Shown: piece by piece, positions 26,608-39,596 of the stretch | How positions within the stretch are numbered: position 1 is the stretch's first letter | Layout: the number at the start of each line of letters is the position of its first letter | Origin: Gordius albopunctatus | Taxonomy: Eukaryota | Assembly (NCBI GenBank): GCA_964276515.1 | Contig: OZ193909.1 | Location: 3,782,001 to 3,846,000 of the forward strand | DNA: 64,000 nt | Direction of reading: 5' to 3' | Notes under the pieces: generated by a model | Database searches by the model: none | The model's input: only the letters and a program-made list of their open reading frames with translations | Told to the model about the DNA's origin: nothing | Translations under genes and position numbers: made by a program

Positions 26608-29600
26608 CATAGACTAATAATACCATAGACTGCCGAACAGCTGTTTTTTACATTAATATAAAAAAGTAACCTAGGAAGTCGCCCAAGAGGAAATTCTTGA
26701 AATTAAGGTAAAATTAAAATTGATAAATTTAAAACAAATTTTTTAGGAATATGAGGTCTTGCTCAGTAAAGAACTGCATATCTTACCTTAACAAAGAAAA
26801 TAGCAAAAGTCTGTCATTTCATAAGTAATTATAAATAAATTTATGTATATTTTTAGATTTCCAAAAGATCCAGAGATTTTGTCCAAATGGATTAAATTGA
26901 TGGGCCCTAAATTTAAATTGAAACAACATTCAAGTATATGCAGTAAGCACTTTCAACCCCAGGATTTTATTAAAAATAGAAGTAAAAATTATCTCAAAGA
27001 AAATATTGTGCCATCGGTGCCATCTCTGTATTTGTTAGAAGTAATTATTAAATCTTAATACAATTTAACTATAACAGTCTCTTGATCGTGGAAATACTGA
27101 GCTATGCCAGACTTTATTGAATCAGTCTCTAGATCAAGGAAATACCGAGCCATCCCAAAATTTATTCAAGGTAAATATTAAATCAGAATTAAATTCAACT
27201 AGATCAGTCATCAGGATTAACAGATGTAACAAATGTTCCCCCAAAGCAAGTAAATAATTAGATACATTATCATATTTTTTTCCTGTTATTTTATAAACTG
27301 TATATTATCGTTATAATATATAAACATATAATAAAATCATAAATTTAGATCTTAAATATCTTCCCCAAGATAATGAGCAAAACATTAAATACAAGTAATT
27401 TTAATTTGTAAATTTTCATTAAAATTTATTTTAGTAATGCAAGATCATTCATATGCAATGAGTTTTAAGAAAGAAAGGAGAAGGGACATGCTTATAAAGT
27501 ATTTAAAAAGAACTGTGAAAACTCTAAAAAATAAGAATTATCGCCAATTAAAGAAACTCAAGACTCTTAAAGATTTGGCTGCTCATCTTGAGAGCAAAGC
27601 ATTAATTCCAGGAGAAGGGGGTGATATTATTACCAATTATTTTGGTGATACTCCTCTGACTTCAATACTAAATACACACTTGAAATCTGGTGGTGTTTAT
27701 AATCCCTTAAACAAAGCTTATTCTGAAGAAATGAAAAGATTCGCAATAACCCTTCATTACTACTCACCTCAAGCCTACAAGTATATTCGGAGTGTCATTT
27801 GTATGCCAACGGAGAGCTCTATTAGAAAATGGTGTGTAAATGACAACATAAAGCCAGGTACATATACATTTTAAATATCTTTTATGTGTAGAATGCTTAT
27901 AATATATGTTAACAATTTTTTTCAAAATCTATATATTTTATTTTCAGGGTTTTTAAAAGAAGCTTTTAATATATTAAAAGATTTACAAGCCAATGTAACA
28001 TATCAACTATATATTTCCCTGACATTAGATGAAATGGCCATCAGACGCCATCTAGATTATAAAAAAGGCTTTGAAGGGTATCAAGGAGTTAAATTTTTTT
28101 TTTAAATATGTTTTAGGTGTGTGGACGTAGGCCAGGGGATACCATCAAATTTGCTCCCAGAAGCCAAAAGTGCTTTATTTATAATGGCAGTTGCCATTAA
28201 TGGCCACTGGAAGATACCCCTTGGGTATTTCCTTGTGGGTAGTGTCACTGCCCAGTTACAAGTAACCCTGATAAAAGATACACTAGAGCTGTTAAAAGAT
28301 TGTGGGGTCATTTGCAAAAATCTGACCTGTGACGGACTATCAGCCAACAAAAGGATGGCAGAAAATTTGGGGGTATGCAATTTATTTACACAAGCTCTTA
28401 GTACATGTATTGATTAATATTTTTATTTCCTGTTTGTTAAATTTAAGTTGATTGAAATATCAAATTAAATTTCACTACTACATTTAATTTTTTATTCATT
28501 GCTTACCATTTTTTAAAATACAATATCTGATTTTTTGTAAAACTAAATTTATCAACAGGTATCCTTTGATGTTGAATCTCTGCGTCCTTATTTCATAAAC
28601 CCCACCTGTACCACTGAAAAAATATATTTTATGTTTGATGCATGCCATATGCTCAAACTAGTCAGAAATTTATTTGAGCAAGTCGACTATCTTGTAAATT
28701 ATGAGGGAAAGGTTTATTCATATTTATTTAAATTATATATATGTTTGATAGAGAATTGAATGGAAATTTGTTGTAAGGTTGTATCAATTACAACAACAAC
28801 AAGGGATGAGAGCAGCTAACAAGCTTACCAAACAGCATGTCTATTTTCATAATCAAAGGATGAAGGTTGGTTTTTATATCATTTAAATAAACTTATTGAA
28901 GGTAAAACTTGCAGCACAGCTCTTTTCAGAATCTGTCGCGAATGCTATGGAATTTGCCAGGGATATAGATCCTGTCTCATTCCAGGATTGCCAGGCAACT
29001 ATTGAGTTTGTCCTTATAATGAATCAGTATGATTATTAATTTGTTACTAATTTATCTTTAAGACTATTTGATACCCTTAATTCACGGAATGCTCTGCATA
29101 AGGGCAATAAAAAGCCTTTATACAAGGAATCCTTAGCTAACTTAAATGAGTTTTATTTTAATTGTGCAAAATATTTGCGAAGTTTGTGCCTTCCAGACGG
29201 AAGACCTGTTATACAATCAAATAAAAAAATAGGAATTTTAGGGATGTTAATAGATATGCAAGCAATTCAATTGCTTGCATCTGATCTTTTGGTCAAGACC
29301 GAACCTCCTCTAAAGTAATTATATTTATTCTAACCATTTATAAAAACTTAGGTATCTATTGACTTATAAACTTTCCCAAGACCACCTAGAAAGTTTTTTT
29401 GGGTTAATCAGGGCCCGAGGTTATAACAATAACAATCCTTCGGCTACACAATTGTGTCAAGCATTAAACAAAATTTTTTTAACTAAAATATATTACCCCT
29501 TCTCCGGAAACTCTTCTCCGCAGGATGCAACATCTATTGCTGATGCAAGTTTTATCGAGCCTAATGAGGATTTGAATGAACTAGAAGATATAAATTACGC

Positions 29601-30550
29601 CGAAATAAATATCAATTTAATTTCACCTTATATTTCCTGTATTTCTTCTTATATCGGTGGATACATTGTGAGGCAAATGATTTTGCGCAAAAAAGTAACT
29701 TGTAAAATTTGTATTAAATCATTAATTAATTGTCAACCCCATTTATCTTTAGATTATCTATTAATTAATTTAAAAAACAAAGGTGGACTAATTGTCCCGT
29801 CCACTGATGTTATTAAGATTTGCAAATATACCCAATTAATATTTCAAGTTTTAAAAAATAAAAATAAACTTTTTTCTAAAAGCATTTTATTTATAATAGA
29901 AATTAAGATTTTTCATTCATTAATTGGATCTAACATTTTTTCATCTTTAAATAATCATATTGTTGATCAGGAAGTAGGCTCTCTAAATCATTTACAATTA
30001 TTAGTTAAATTAATAGTTAATACATATAGCAAAATTTTATTTCATAATTTTTGCAATATTTCTAACCAAGAATTTAAAAGTAACATTAGGCAAAAATTAA
30101 ATAAAACTATTATTTTTACGGGACAGTAATTTTTTTTATTCACAATTAGTTAATTTATTAATATATATTTACTTGTTAAATCTTGCATGATGCCCGGTAT
30201 CGTTTTATGTAAAATTGTATCTTTTTTGATTAATACTTCAAATAAAATATATTATAGATGGCGCTATATTTATATTTCTCTTTATCATTCTAAATCGTAA
30301 AATATTCGTTTTTTCTTAAAATATTTTTCAAATTCAAAAACAATGGTGTTTTCTCTTTCCTTAATTATATTTTTTCTTTACTAAATGTTTTTTTATGATT
30401 TAGTAACTTAATTTATAAATTTAAAATAAAATGTAGTAAAATAGAACAAAATACATTACGCTAAGTTCTATACGCAGTTAAAGATTTCCACAAGCATGGC
30501 GGCTTTAATAGTTACTTCTGAATTATCAGCTGTTCGGCAGTCTATGGTAT
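26608..30550 (+). mobile_element. P-element/THAP9-type DNA transposon nested in hAT
   Basis: Inverted repeat ATACCATAGACTGCCGAACAGCTG (26620-26643) / CAGCTGTTCGGCAGTCTATGGTAT (30527-30550); left end starts CATAGAC at 26608; the hAT frame breaks and resumes at these points. Confidence 0.9.
26751..30129 (+). CDS. THAP-domain P-element transposase, 13 coding exons: 26751-26824, 26857-27040, 27078-27170, 27208-27249, 27349-27394, 27435-27857, 27948-28077, 28117-28372, 28559-28711, 28752-28865, 28902-29026, 29063-29314, 29352-30129
   Basis: Manual splicing gives a continuous frame: THAP (CSVKNC...FHKFPKD...W...ICSKHF...VPS), TLHYYSPQAYKYIR, LDEM, TCDG, FDACHMLKLVRN, NKL, MKVKLAAQLFS, TYKLSQDHLE. 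Confidence 0.85.
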
Positions 30551-31379
30551 AGATCTCAGCAGGATCTCGTCCAAAGAATCCTTTAAACGCCTTATCCGAA
30601 CATAATATATTAAAATCCCTACCAAATATAACGACCCTTCTATATCTATTAGCCTGCCTTCTAATCACAACGTGTAATAATGAACTAAGCTTCTCAACGC
30701 TGAGGAGGCTAAAAACTTACATTAGAAATACCATGTCTAATAATAGATTAAATGGATTGGCTTTATTGACAATTCATCGGGAGTAGGAATTTCTTAATAT
30801 TTTTTCAATGAGGAAAAGAAAATATAAAATTATTTTATAATAAATTTCTTTTTATTTTATATGCAAATTTTATATTTTTTGAATTTATATTTTTGTTGTT
30901 GAAATAAAAATGCTATAAATTTTTTTTTGAAATCCCCCCCCCCTTGAGAAAATCCTGGCTACGCGCCTGCATATGTTCATATATTTTTTGCTAATTTTTA
31001 TTTTAGAAATAATGTCTAATTTGTTATGCTGTCAGTATTATAAACTGTCGATATTTTGAACATGATTCTTTATAAAAAGAACTTAATATTCACCATTTTT
31101 TCATTTTCTATACCTAATTTTAAGATTAAAAAGTTACTTTTTATAAGTAATATGAAACTTAGAGTGTTTAAGGCTGCACCCTTAAAAAGTTTTTTACATC
31201 TTTCATCCATGTTGTTTGACAAATTTTTATTTTTGCTAGCTGAACAAACACATTACCAAACGTGTGTGTAATTCTAACTATAAGAAAAGCATTTTTGAAA
31301 ATGGATGCGCATACTAGGAAAAATGGTAAGTGTAGCCATAGCCTACGTAAAACGCAATTTAAATTAAAATCATGCTTAG

Positions 31380-32683
31380 ATGTATCATTGCTTTGGCGCC
31401 TTAAAGTGCGACTTTAATAATAGAATTGTCTATGACAATGTATTGATATACACGGATGACCTAATAAATTTAAAAAGTAATTGCTTATTTATTAAAATTA
31501 ATATTTTAATATAATAGATAATGTGATAAATTCATTATATTACAATTATAAGTCCAAAGAATCAATTAAAGGATTAACTAGATTTAAAAATGATTTATAT
31601 ATACTTAATGACTTGTCGCAAGTTATAATTGTTGATGAATTCGGTTCTATTAGTGTTTGTAATAAATTTGTTAACTTTTCAAGCATACATTCAACAGATC
31701 AATTTTTATTATTGATTAAAGAAAATAAGTAAGCTAATGCTTACTTATAATATTTGGGCATAAGCACTTTGTTTATTTATAAAAACAAGGTTGATTTATT
31801 GTCAAATAATTGTGTAACCTACACCCTCCCATCAATTAAATATGTTTCCTGTGGGAAAGAACATGTGTTGTTTCTACTAACAAATTCTGAAATTTATAGT
31901 TTTGGAAGTAATAAGTAATCAATTTATGTTTTTGATTTATTTTTAAGGCATGGGCAATTGGGATTAGGTGACTTTCAGGGCTATGATTACCCACAAAAGT
32001 TAGAGGCTTTATCTGGATTAAATGTAATTAAAATAGCCTCAGGTGGTTGGCATAATTCTGCTTTAACAGGTAGTAATATTTACTTGAATTAATATGTAAC
32101 AGTTCAGGTAAGTTATATGATTTATTAAAATTTATATATATTCAAGATACAGGTGATATGTATATGTGGGGTTGGAATGAAAGTGGGCAATTAGGCCTAT
32201 GTAAAGATTGTAATATATGTGATATACCACATGATGACTTAAAATATTCTATACAAACTATTCCTCATCCTATAGTGATAGATGAGGATACAATTTTTAC
32301 CCAAATAGCATGTGGCTCTCGTCACTCAGTTGCTTTAACAGGTTTTTAACAAAAATTTTAAATCAAAAAATTTGTAAATTATATATTTTTTGTACTCTTT
32401 TATCAAAACTTTTGTTATTGAAAGGCATATAAAATACCTTATATTTGTTGAGACAAAATTTATCGTTCATGTATTTAAATTTTTTTTATTAAATTGTGTA
32501 CTAATTACAGATATTGGTGAGTTATATGGTTGCGGGTGGAATAAATATGGTCAACTAAACCTACCAACAGATAACTTTAAGGTGCCTGAATATACTAAAT
32601 TGCCCAAAATACAAACTGATGGTTTAATAAATCGCGTATTTAGTGGTGGCTGGACTACTATTATTGAAACAAAATTGGATTAA
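31380..32683 (+). CDS. RCCD1: RCC1 domain-containing protein, RCCD1-like; exons about 31380-31476, 31518-31728, 31765-31914, 31948-32069, 32147-32341, 32511-32683
   Basis: Spliced RCC1 repeats: VSCGKEHVLFL..IYSFGSNKHGQLGLG, IASGGWHNSALTDTGDMYMWGWNESGQLG, IACGSRHSVALTDIGELYGCGWNKYGQL, VFSGGWTT. Start exon less certain. Confidence 0.75.
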
Positions 32684-33797
32684 TAACTTTAATATGGAAA
32701 ATTATCATCTTTATTTATATGTATTGGGTTTAAAAACAATGCTAATTTTTATCATCATATTTACTTTGTATTCAATGGCATTTTTAGGGCCACAAGTCAC
32801 TAAAACCTAATTCCTAACACCTTGGTTTCCCCCACCGTTTGCAATTTTCTTTAAATATATATAACGGCATTGAAAATTATCTTTAATAAGATTTTTTAAC
32901 ACTAAATGTATTGATAATATTTATGTTAGTAATTCTGCTATGGATACCAACCCAGTAGTTGATGAATTAATTTTGAAAATGCTATGTCCTATAAATTAAT
33001 TCCATTTAAATTCCCGTCTCTGGTTTGTCCCGATGAGTATAGTGTAGTCGCGTTAAATTTTGTCACTTTTTTAGATTATATAATTATTATAATTAATCGT
33101 AGTTATAATTCAAAAATAAAAATTCGAAATATAACAAAATAACTGCTAAAAATATAAAAATCATTTAGGCTGGAAATTTGGATAGCTCTAATAAATTGAG
33201 CAGCCAGGCGGACTCTTAGAAGGGTTCAAGTGGGTCCAGGCCGACAATTTAGTTATAAAATCGGACTGGGCAGGGTTCGGCAGAAATATTTAGGCATATA
33301 TGACCTATGATCAAGAGGTGAATAATATTTATAGATAGAAAGTTGTAATGAAATAGTCATTTAAATTTTCTTTTGCCCAGCGATTGTCTATCTAGGATGT
33401 TACCTGAGGTGGGTTGCATTTCCGATGATTTGTTAATGTAAAATCATTTAATTAATGTTTTGACATACTATTTTCTAAATAAATTTTGAATCTGCTGAGT
33501 ATGTAAAAATGTCGCCTATTGATGCTAGAGATCTGCAACGGGCCGTTTTTAGAAGGTCGGCCCGCCCGTACCCGTTTTCAAAATTTCAAGGCCCGTCTAA
33601 CATAATATATTAATGTAAAATATTAATTTTCTGCTTTTTATACAGATCTTGGCTGTCTTTTAAATTGATATAATTATATTCATACAGATCTAGTAGTAAT
33701 AGTTACGATACAACCTTTTTAGCCTTACAACTTATCTCTTGTATTTTATGCAATAATTCCTATTAGCATCTTTCAATTTATCAATATTTTACTAGAA

Positions 33798-35730
33798 TGG
33801 CAAATTTTGGTTGTGAAGAAATAAATAATTATTTGGAGAAGGGAACTACTCAAATGGGTGTAAATCCTAAACAAAAGTACTAGTTTGTTAAAAAAACAAG
33901 TAGCTACTTTGTAAAAGATGGATTCCTATATCTTAAAAAAGTAGGCAAATAATGTGGACAGAAAACAGGTATTTGTAAAAATATATTTTATTTTTCTTAG
34001 AAAAGTTTTAAGATTATACCATAATGGTATAGAAGACACACTGTTGGGAGAAAGCTTAGCTTCACATCTGGGCATTAATCGTGCGCGAGCCAAGATTTGT
34101 GAAAGGTATTTATTTTTTATCGACTTAAGTTTTTATAAAGCTATTGGTGGCCACGCATTAGTGAGAATGTTACGGCCTATATTAATTCTTGCAGTATGTC
34201 AAAAATATGCTGCAAAAATTGATAAGGCAACGCCTGAATTGCATCCTGTTTCCATCTCTTCCTCGCCATGGCGATTACTAGGGATGGATCTGTGCAATAT
34301 GCCCTCCAGTGTGCCTGCTTTCAACTGCTTTTTAGTCGTTATTGACTACTTCACAAAATACGTCATTTCAAGGCCTTTAAAAACCCACACCATGTAAGAG
34401 GTCACTAGCAACCTTTTGCAGATATTCTCTGAATGGGGATATCCTGAGGTATATTAAATTATGATCACATTTTAATAGGCTTTAATAAATGACCAGGGTA
34501 GAGAATTTGTTAATTCCGTTACCGAGGAAATTTATAAAGTCACGGGTATTAAACAAAGGGTCACCACGGCCTACCACCCCCAAGCAAATGGCCTGGTTGA
34601 ACGGATGAATAGGACTTTATTGACGGGCCTCAATAAAGTCCTTAAGGGCAATTGTGATAACTGGGAGTCCGCGTTACCTGGGGTAACATATCCTGTGAAC
34701 ACGGCGGTCCAATCATCAACAAAAATGACCCCCTATTTTTTGATGTTTAATCGTTATATTACAAAACGTATTATTGTACATGTACCCCAATATTTTGTTA
34801 TCTATTAGACCGCCTAGGCCCGTTTTTAAAACAGACTTGGAGATAGCGACTGAATCCGACGAGGTTGCCGTTGGCATAACACCTGAAGTTGATGTTAATC
34901 TTGACCGTGTGGCCACTATCGCTCGCCGTGCCTATGAATGCGCTAGCATAAATATTATGAAAGCACAAAGAAGACAAAAGAAAGCCCACGAGAAAAGGCA
35001 CCAAGTATCATATGCCTTTAGAAATGGCGCTATGGTACTCGCCTATAACATGAAAAGGACTGACAGGAAAGGAGATAAAACCTCTTCTTCATGGTTGGGA
35101 CCCTAAAAAATTCTAGATTTCTTTAAAGGTTAGACATATTTTGAGTGTTTAATTTTTGGTTTTTATTTAGGCACTTATACCGTAGAAAATATGTTAGGAA
35201 TAACTTTAAAAAAGATTCAATGGAAGCATTCTTAAAAAATATAAACAAAATTTGGATGAGGGTATATATTCTTTCATTATTTATTAATTAATATTTAAGA
35301 TTTTCCTAGCGAGAGGGACACCAAGGTCAATCCCTTGGTTCAACCAACAGGTTGCTCGACATTTAAACTTTTACTGTTTTATGCTTAAATATAATTTTAC
35401 TTTATGTCACTTATTTTATTGCAGCCGAAATAATAGAAGATCCTATAGTAGATAAATCTAGGGTTGTAGAAATAAAAGAGGACGAACAGCCAAGTAAATG
35501 AGACTTAGCAATTTAATCAACTACTCTTAATGATAAAAAATTTTTAGGTGACGATGCATTAATTCTGTCGTCAGTAGTGACAGAAAGACTCTGGTTTAAG
35601 TTGCCAGACACTCAATGGAAAAAATGGGTTATGGCTAGGTAATATATGGAAATATTTTGACAAAATTATATTTTATACTAGATTGGAGTCTATTCGCCCT
35701 TAATTCCAAAGAAGACACCAATCAAAAAAC
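33798..35730 (+). pseudogene. Intron-containing gypsy-like integrase without RT (Ginger/GIN-type transposase), degenerate
   Basis: H..SHLG...YWWP..C..C zinc motif, GMDL, IDYFTK, NDQGREF, YHPQANGLVERMNRTL, TPYFLMF, WLGP* (GPY/F); introns 33969-34000, 34106-34140, 34449-34478, 35129-35170, 35262-35299; no gag, RT or LTR nearby. Confidence 0.75.
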
Positions 35731-36300
35731 TTCAACCAGAGTACGGTGTCCATGCTATATTCAAATTTTCAAAGAACACGAATTTGATTATACAATTCTT
35801 TAGTAAAAATGTATCACTTATAGTATTTTCTAAAACGTCATGCGTGTAGGTAGTGTATTGTGATAAATGTAGGCATGTGCTGCGGAAAATGGAAACATTT
35901 TACGATTTGAAACATTAAATCAAATTCATTTTTTTGCTTATTTTTCACACCAATTATTATTATTATAGGACGGTCTTGTCCCCTCCTGCGTGGCTAAATA
36001 AATTAAAAAATCTAATTTTGTCATTTTTTGCGCGTTAAATAAGGAGAAAACTGAAAATACTTTTAACAAAGTGCCAATAAATGTTGATATATCTCAGTTC
36101 TTCGGACATTATTAAGTTCAGAATTCAAAGTTTTATTCAGAAACATATAATTTTAATTATGATATTGTTTCTTAATTACAAAAACATTATCTGCATTAAA
36201 AGATAAAATATTTTGTATGTGAGAACCCCAACAAACCTGTATCTACCCGAGACGAGATTTTGCTTTTGAGACCTAGACGAGACGAGATCGCAACACTACG

Positions 36301-36756
36301 TAAAACAAACTTGCAAATGAACACGATATTGGCGAATTCTAATCTAAGTTGCATCTTCAAGTAACTATCGATATATATTTAAAGATAAATTTTATGTATA
36401 AATGTATATAACTGAACTTCCATTATGCATGTTTCCAGCCATGGTTTGGACAATATTGTCAAATCACGAGCCTTGTCTTTGGATAAAATGGTTCATAAAG
36501 TCAATTTTCAAATGAACAAAGAAGAAGTAAAGGGGCAGCTGCCACTGGTGGAGCTCTCTAAGATAGAACATTTAAAATATGTTTTTCAATAGACCGTTTT
36601 TGCATTTACTAATCGAAGCCGAGTTTTGAAATGTTTTATTTCGGGGAAGATATTCAAGCCCAGATTAAAGACGATCGACCGAGACGCATTATAATCAATT
36701 TTTTTGAAATTTATAAACAAAAATATATGTAACACAAAATTAGTTTAGATGATTGC
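36301..36756 (+). pseudogene. Serpin 3' fragment (diverged paralog) lacking the 284-bp insertion
   Basis: Aligns by eye to 62519-62536 plus 62833-63272 with scattered substitutions and stops; includes MVHKVNFQMN and FNRPFLHLLIEAE. Confidence 0.85.
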
Positions 36757-36759
36757 TTG

Positions 36760-37545
36760 TTGTATAGCCAAGGCTAAAACAGAGGTCTACAAAAATCTGA
36801 ATGCCAAGTTAACCAGTAAAGAAGAGGAAAGAAGGATCTGAAAATGTGGTTCGGACCATTGCGAAAGCAAGACCTATGAATATGACCCAAAGTTAGAAGT
36901 GACGGAGAAAGAGGTTGACCAGGTGCTTAAAAGATGACCATGGATAAGGCGGTGGGACCTGATAATATACCTATGGAAAGTTTCAAAATGCTAGGGCCCT
37001 TAGGTGTAAATCTACTTGCAAAGCTGTTCAACAAAATACTTGCAAGAGGTTTCATTGCTGATGTGCGGAGGGAAAGCTATGTTATAGCAATATATAAAAC
37101 GAAGGGAGATGTAAAGGAATGCAATAACTATCGGGGGATAAAGTTAACAAGTCACGTAATGAAGGCGTGGGAAAAGGCTATAGAAGCTAAAACTCCGGAA
37201 AATAATATCAATAGATGAACGAAAATTTGGGTTCATGCTTGGAAAGTCGACTTCAGATGCAATACATGGTCTTAGAAGACTTATGGAATTATATAAGGAA
37301 AAACAAAAGGATCTTGATATGTGTTTCATCGATCTTGAGAAAGCTTTCGACAAAGTGCCAAGGCAGGATATGGGATAGCCTGAGTTCCAATGGTGTACCC
37401 GACGCTTATATAATGTTAATAAATAATATCTATAGAAACGCAAAAACCAAAGTTCGTACATCCAGTGTTACATCAAAGTGATTCAGTCTAAATGTCGGTG
37501 TGCATCAAGGATCGGCCCTAAGTTCATTGCTCTTCATAACAATGA
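36760..37545 (+). mobile_element. Internal RTE-clade LINE RT fragment
   Basis: KAVGPDNIP, NYRGIKLTSHVMKAWE, FIDLEKAFDKVP, GVHQGSALS. Confidence 0.85.
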
Positions 37546-37559
37546 GATAAAAAATTGGT

Positions 37560-39596
37560 TCCATTATGACCAATTTATATCTTATATAATAATTTATAAG
37601 AGTCAAAAAATCCGCAATAATATTTGGCCCCGCACGTTGCTGGATGTATTCGAATGAGTGGCAAATGCGAGTTTTAAGTTCCGCTATCACTATCTGTACT
37701 TTGAAATTTGATAATCAGTTTATTGTTCACCAAAGAAATCCAATGGACGAATACGAGTTATAACTTATAATGATATTTAATCAAATTGTCAAGACAAAAA
37801 TATCTTGGATTTAAATGCAAGCGTTAAACGATATCAATTATTTGTGGGAGGTCGAAATATAAGTGCGCAAAATAGGTGAGATTGGGTGATGTGGAAGGAC
37901 TAATAAAAGTATTGGATTCGGGGTGGTGTAATGTTTTCGGAGATAGTTGCAACAGTACAACCGAGTTCTAAGTAAGAAAAAAATACATTATTATTTGCAG
38001 GGTAAAAATACAGCTATTTAAACCCTGTCGATGTACTGCATTTCTCAATTTGCATTAGGGATGCCCTTAACCTTACGACAGGTTGATGTACTGCACATCT
38101 CAATTTGCATGAGGAATGCCTTTAACATATTCGCCTGTTTCTAGTTAGTGCCTTAAACAAACCATTAATTAGGAATCTCCCACAGACCATAAATAGTTTC
38201 TCAACCTTTTATTCACACCACTAATTAAATTAAATTTTATTCCCACCACTAATTAGATTACTTCAATAAATTAATTGGCAACATGCAACACGAGGATTAG
38301 CACTTGCTCACATTTTGATTTAGTTCATCGACAAAATACCTCCTGAAGACATTGATAGTTTAATTTATGCAGAAATTCCAAATCCGTGTACTGATAAATT
38401 ATTGTTTGATATTGTTACTACAAACATAATCATGGCCCATGTGAATATTTTAATCATCATCGCCGTAGTGTATATACAGTGAATCCAATGCAGACTTAGT
38501 TCTTTCAACTGCGACTGGTGTTGGTTAATGGCACTGGCTCATTGTCATTTCACGATATATGTAAAGTAAACGGACAACAGTATCTAGCGTATAAAGATGC
38601 ATGCCCTACATTAGGCTTACTAGAAGACGACAACTATCAGGACAGTACTCTTACTGAAGCAGCATTAAACTATACAGGAACACAAATTCGTCAACTATTC
38701 GCTATAGTGTTGACTGTATGTTTTTAAAATTAGACATTTTGGTATGAGTTAACCAAATCAATGTACATCTGATTTACTCAACACTGATATGAGTCTTGAA
38801 CTGCAGTATAATACTTTAGAAATGGCAGCGATTGTTAGTCGCAATGTCCCACCACTATCTTAATAAAAAAAATCCATTTACGACCGCATTATGCTGATAG
38901 TTTCGTCAGGACAATGGGTTTCTTTTTTTATATGCATCAGGTGGAACTGGCAAAATTTTTCTCATTTCGATAATTCTTGCCGAGATACGATACAAAAATG
39001 GCATTGCATTGGCTATGTCATTAAAATATTAATGAAAAACTCGAAGTCAGCATTTTGAATCGCAAGGTCCAATGTGAACATGTAAGCTGCCACGAATCCC
39101 TATGATTCCCACATATATGCCGATTGAATTCAAACGCATTAAATTTCCAATTAGATTGGCATTCGCCATGACAATAAATAAGGCGCAAGGCCAAACGATG
39201 TCTATTTGTAGCTTAAATTTTGCCACAACATGCTTTTCTTAGGGAAAACCATATGTGGCATGTTCTCGCGTGGGTAAACCATCCAGTTTGTTTGTGTTGA
39301 CTAAAGACCGACTACCCAAAAATATTATATACTTCATCGTACTTAGAGATTGGTGATGAATTATTTTTGAATCGTCATAATTTGATGTATATATAGGTAG
39401 CAAAAATGATTTAATAAAGTACAAAGAATGAAATTAATAAATGATTAGTGTATTGTCATTTTATAGGCCAACATTGTCACTACGCTCCATTCTTATTTCA
39501 ATCATGACCACCTACCCATAATTTTCTATTGATAGATATCAATTATTTAGCCAGATAAGAACTAAGCCAAAGCAACGCTTGGCCGGGCACAGCTAG
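37560..39596 (+). mobile_element. Heavily deleted Helitron (Rep and Pif1 helicase remnants) with intact 3' end
   Basis: EWQ.R..GL..AH Rep motif split by an insert (about 37672-38290); YKDAC..LGLLEDD; GGTGK; FPIRLAFAMTINKAQGQT; YVACSRV; 3' end GCAACGCTTGGCCGGGCACAGCTAG followed by T. Confidence 0.85.

Larger units (their letters stand above)
24030..30969 (+). mobile_element. hAT DNA transposon (ZMYM1/PRKRIR-like transposase pseudogene, about 24540-26607 and 30551-30786) interrupted by a P-like element; only the right terminus recognised
   Basis: LALRGH, DES.D...EQMS, RGQGCDGA, YVHCASHSLNL, ATRW; after the insert the dimerisation domain LPNITTLL...SFSTLRRLKTYIRNTMSNNRLNGLALLTIHRE; right end ...CCTGGCTACGCGCCTG at 30969. 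Left boundary approximate. Confidence 0.85.

Noticed and set aside
15878..36298. One 20-kb transposon bounded by TAGTG...CACTA ends capturing RCCD1
   Set aside because: Ends are only loosely complementary, there is no TSD, and similar motifs occur elsewhere in the window.
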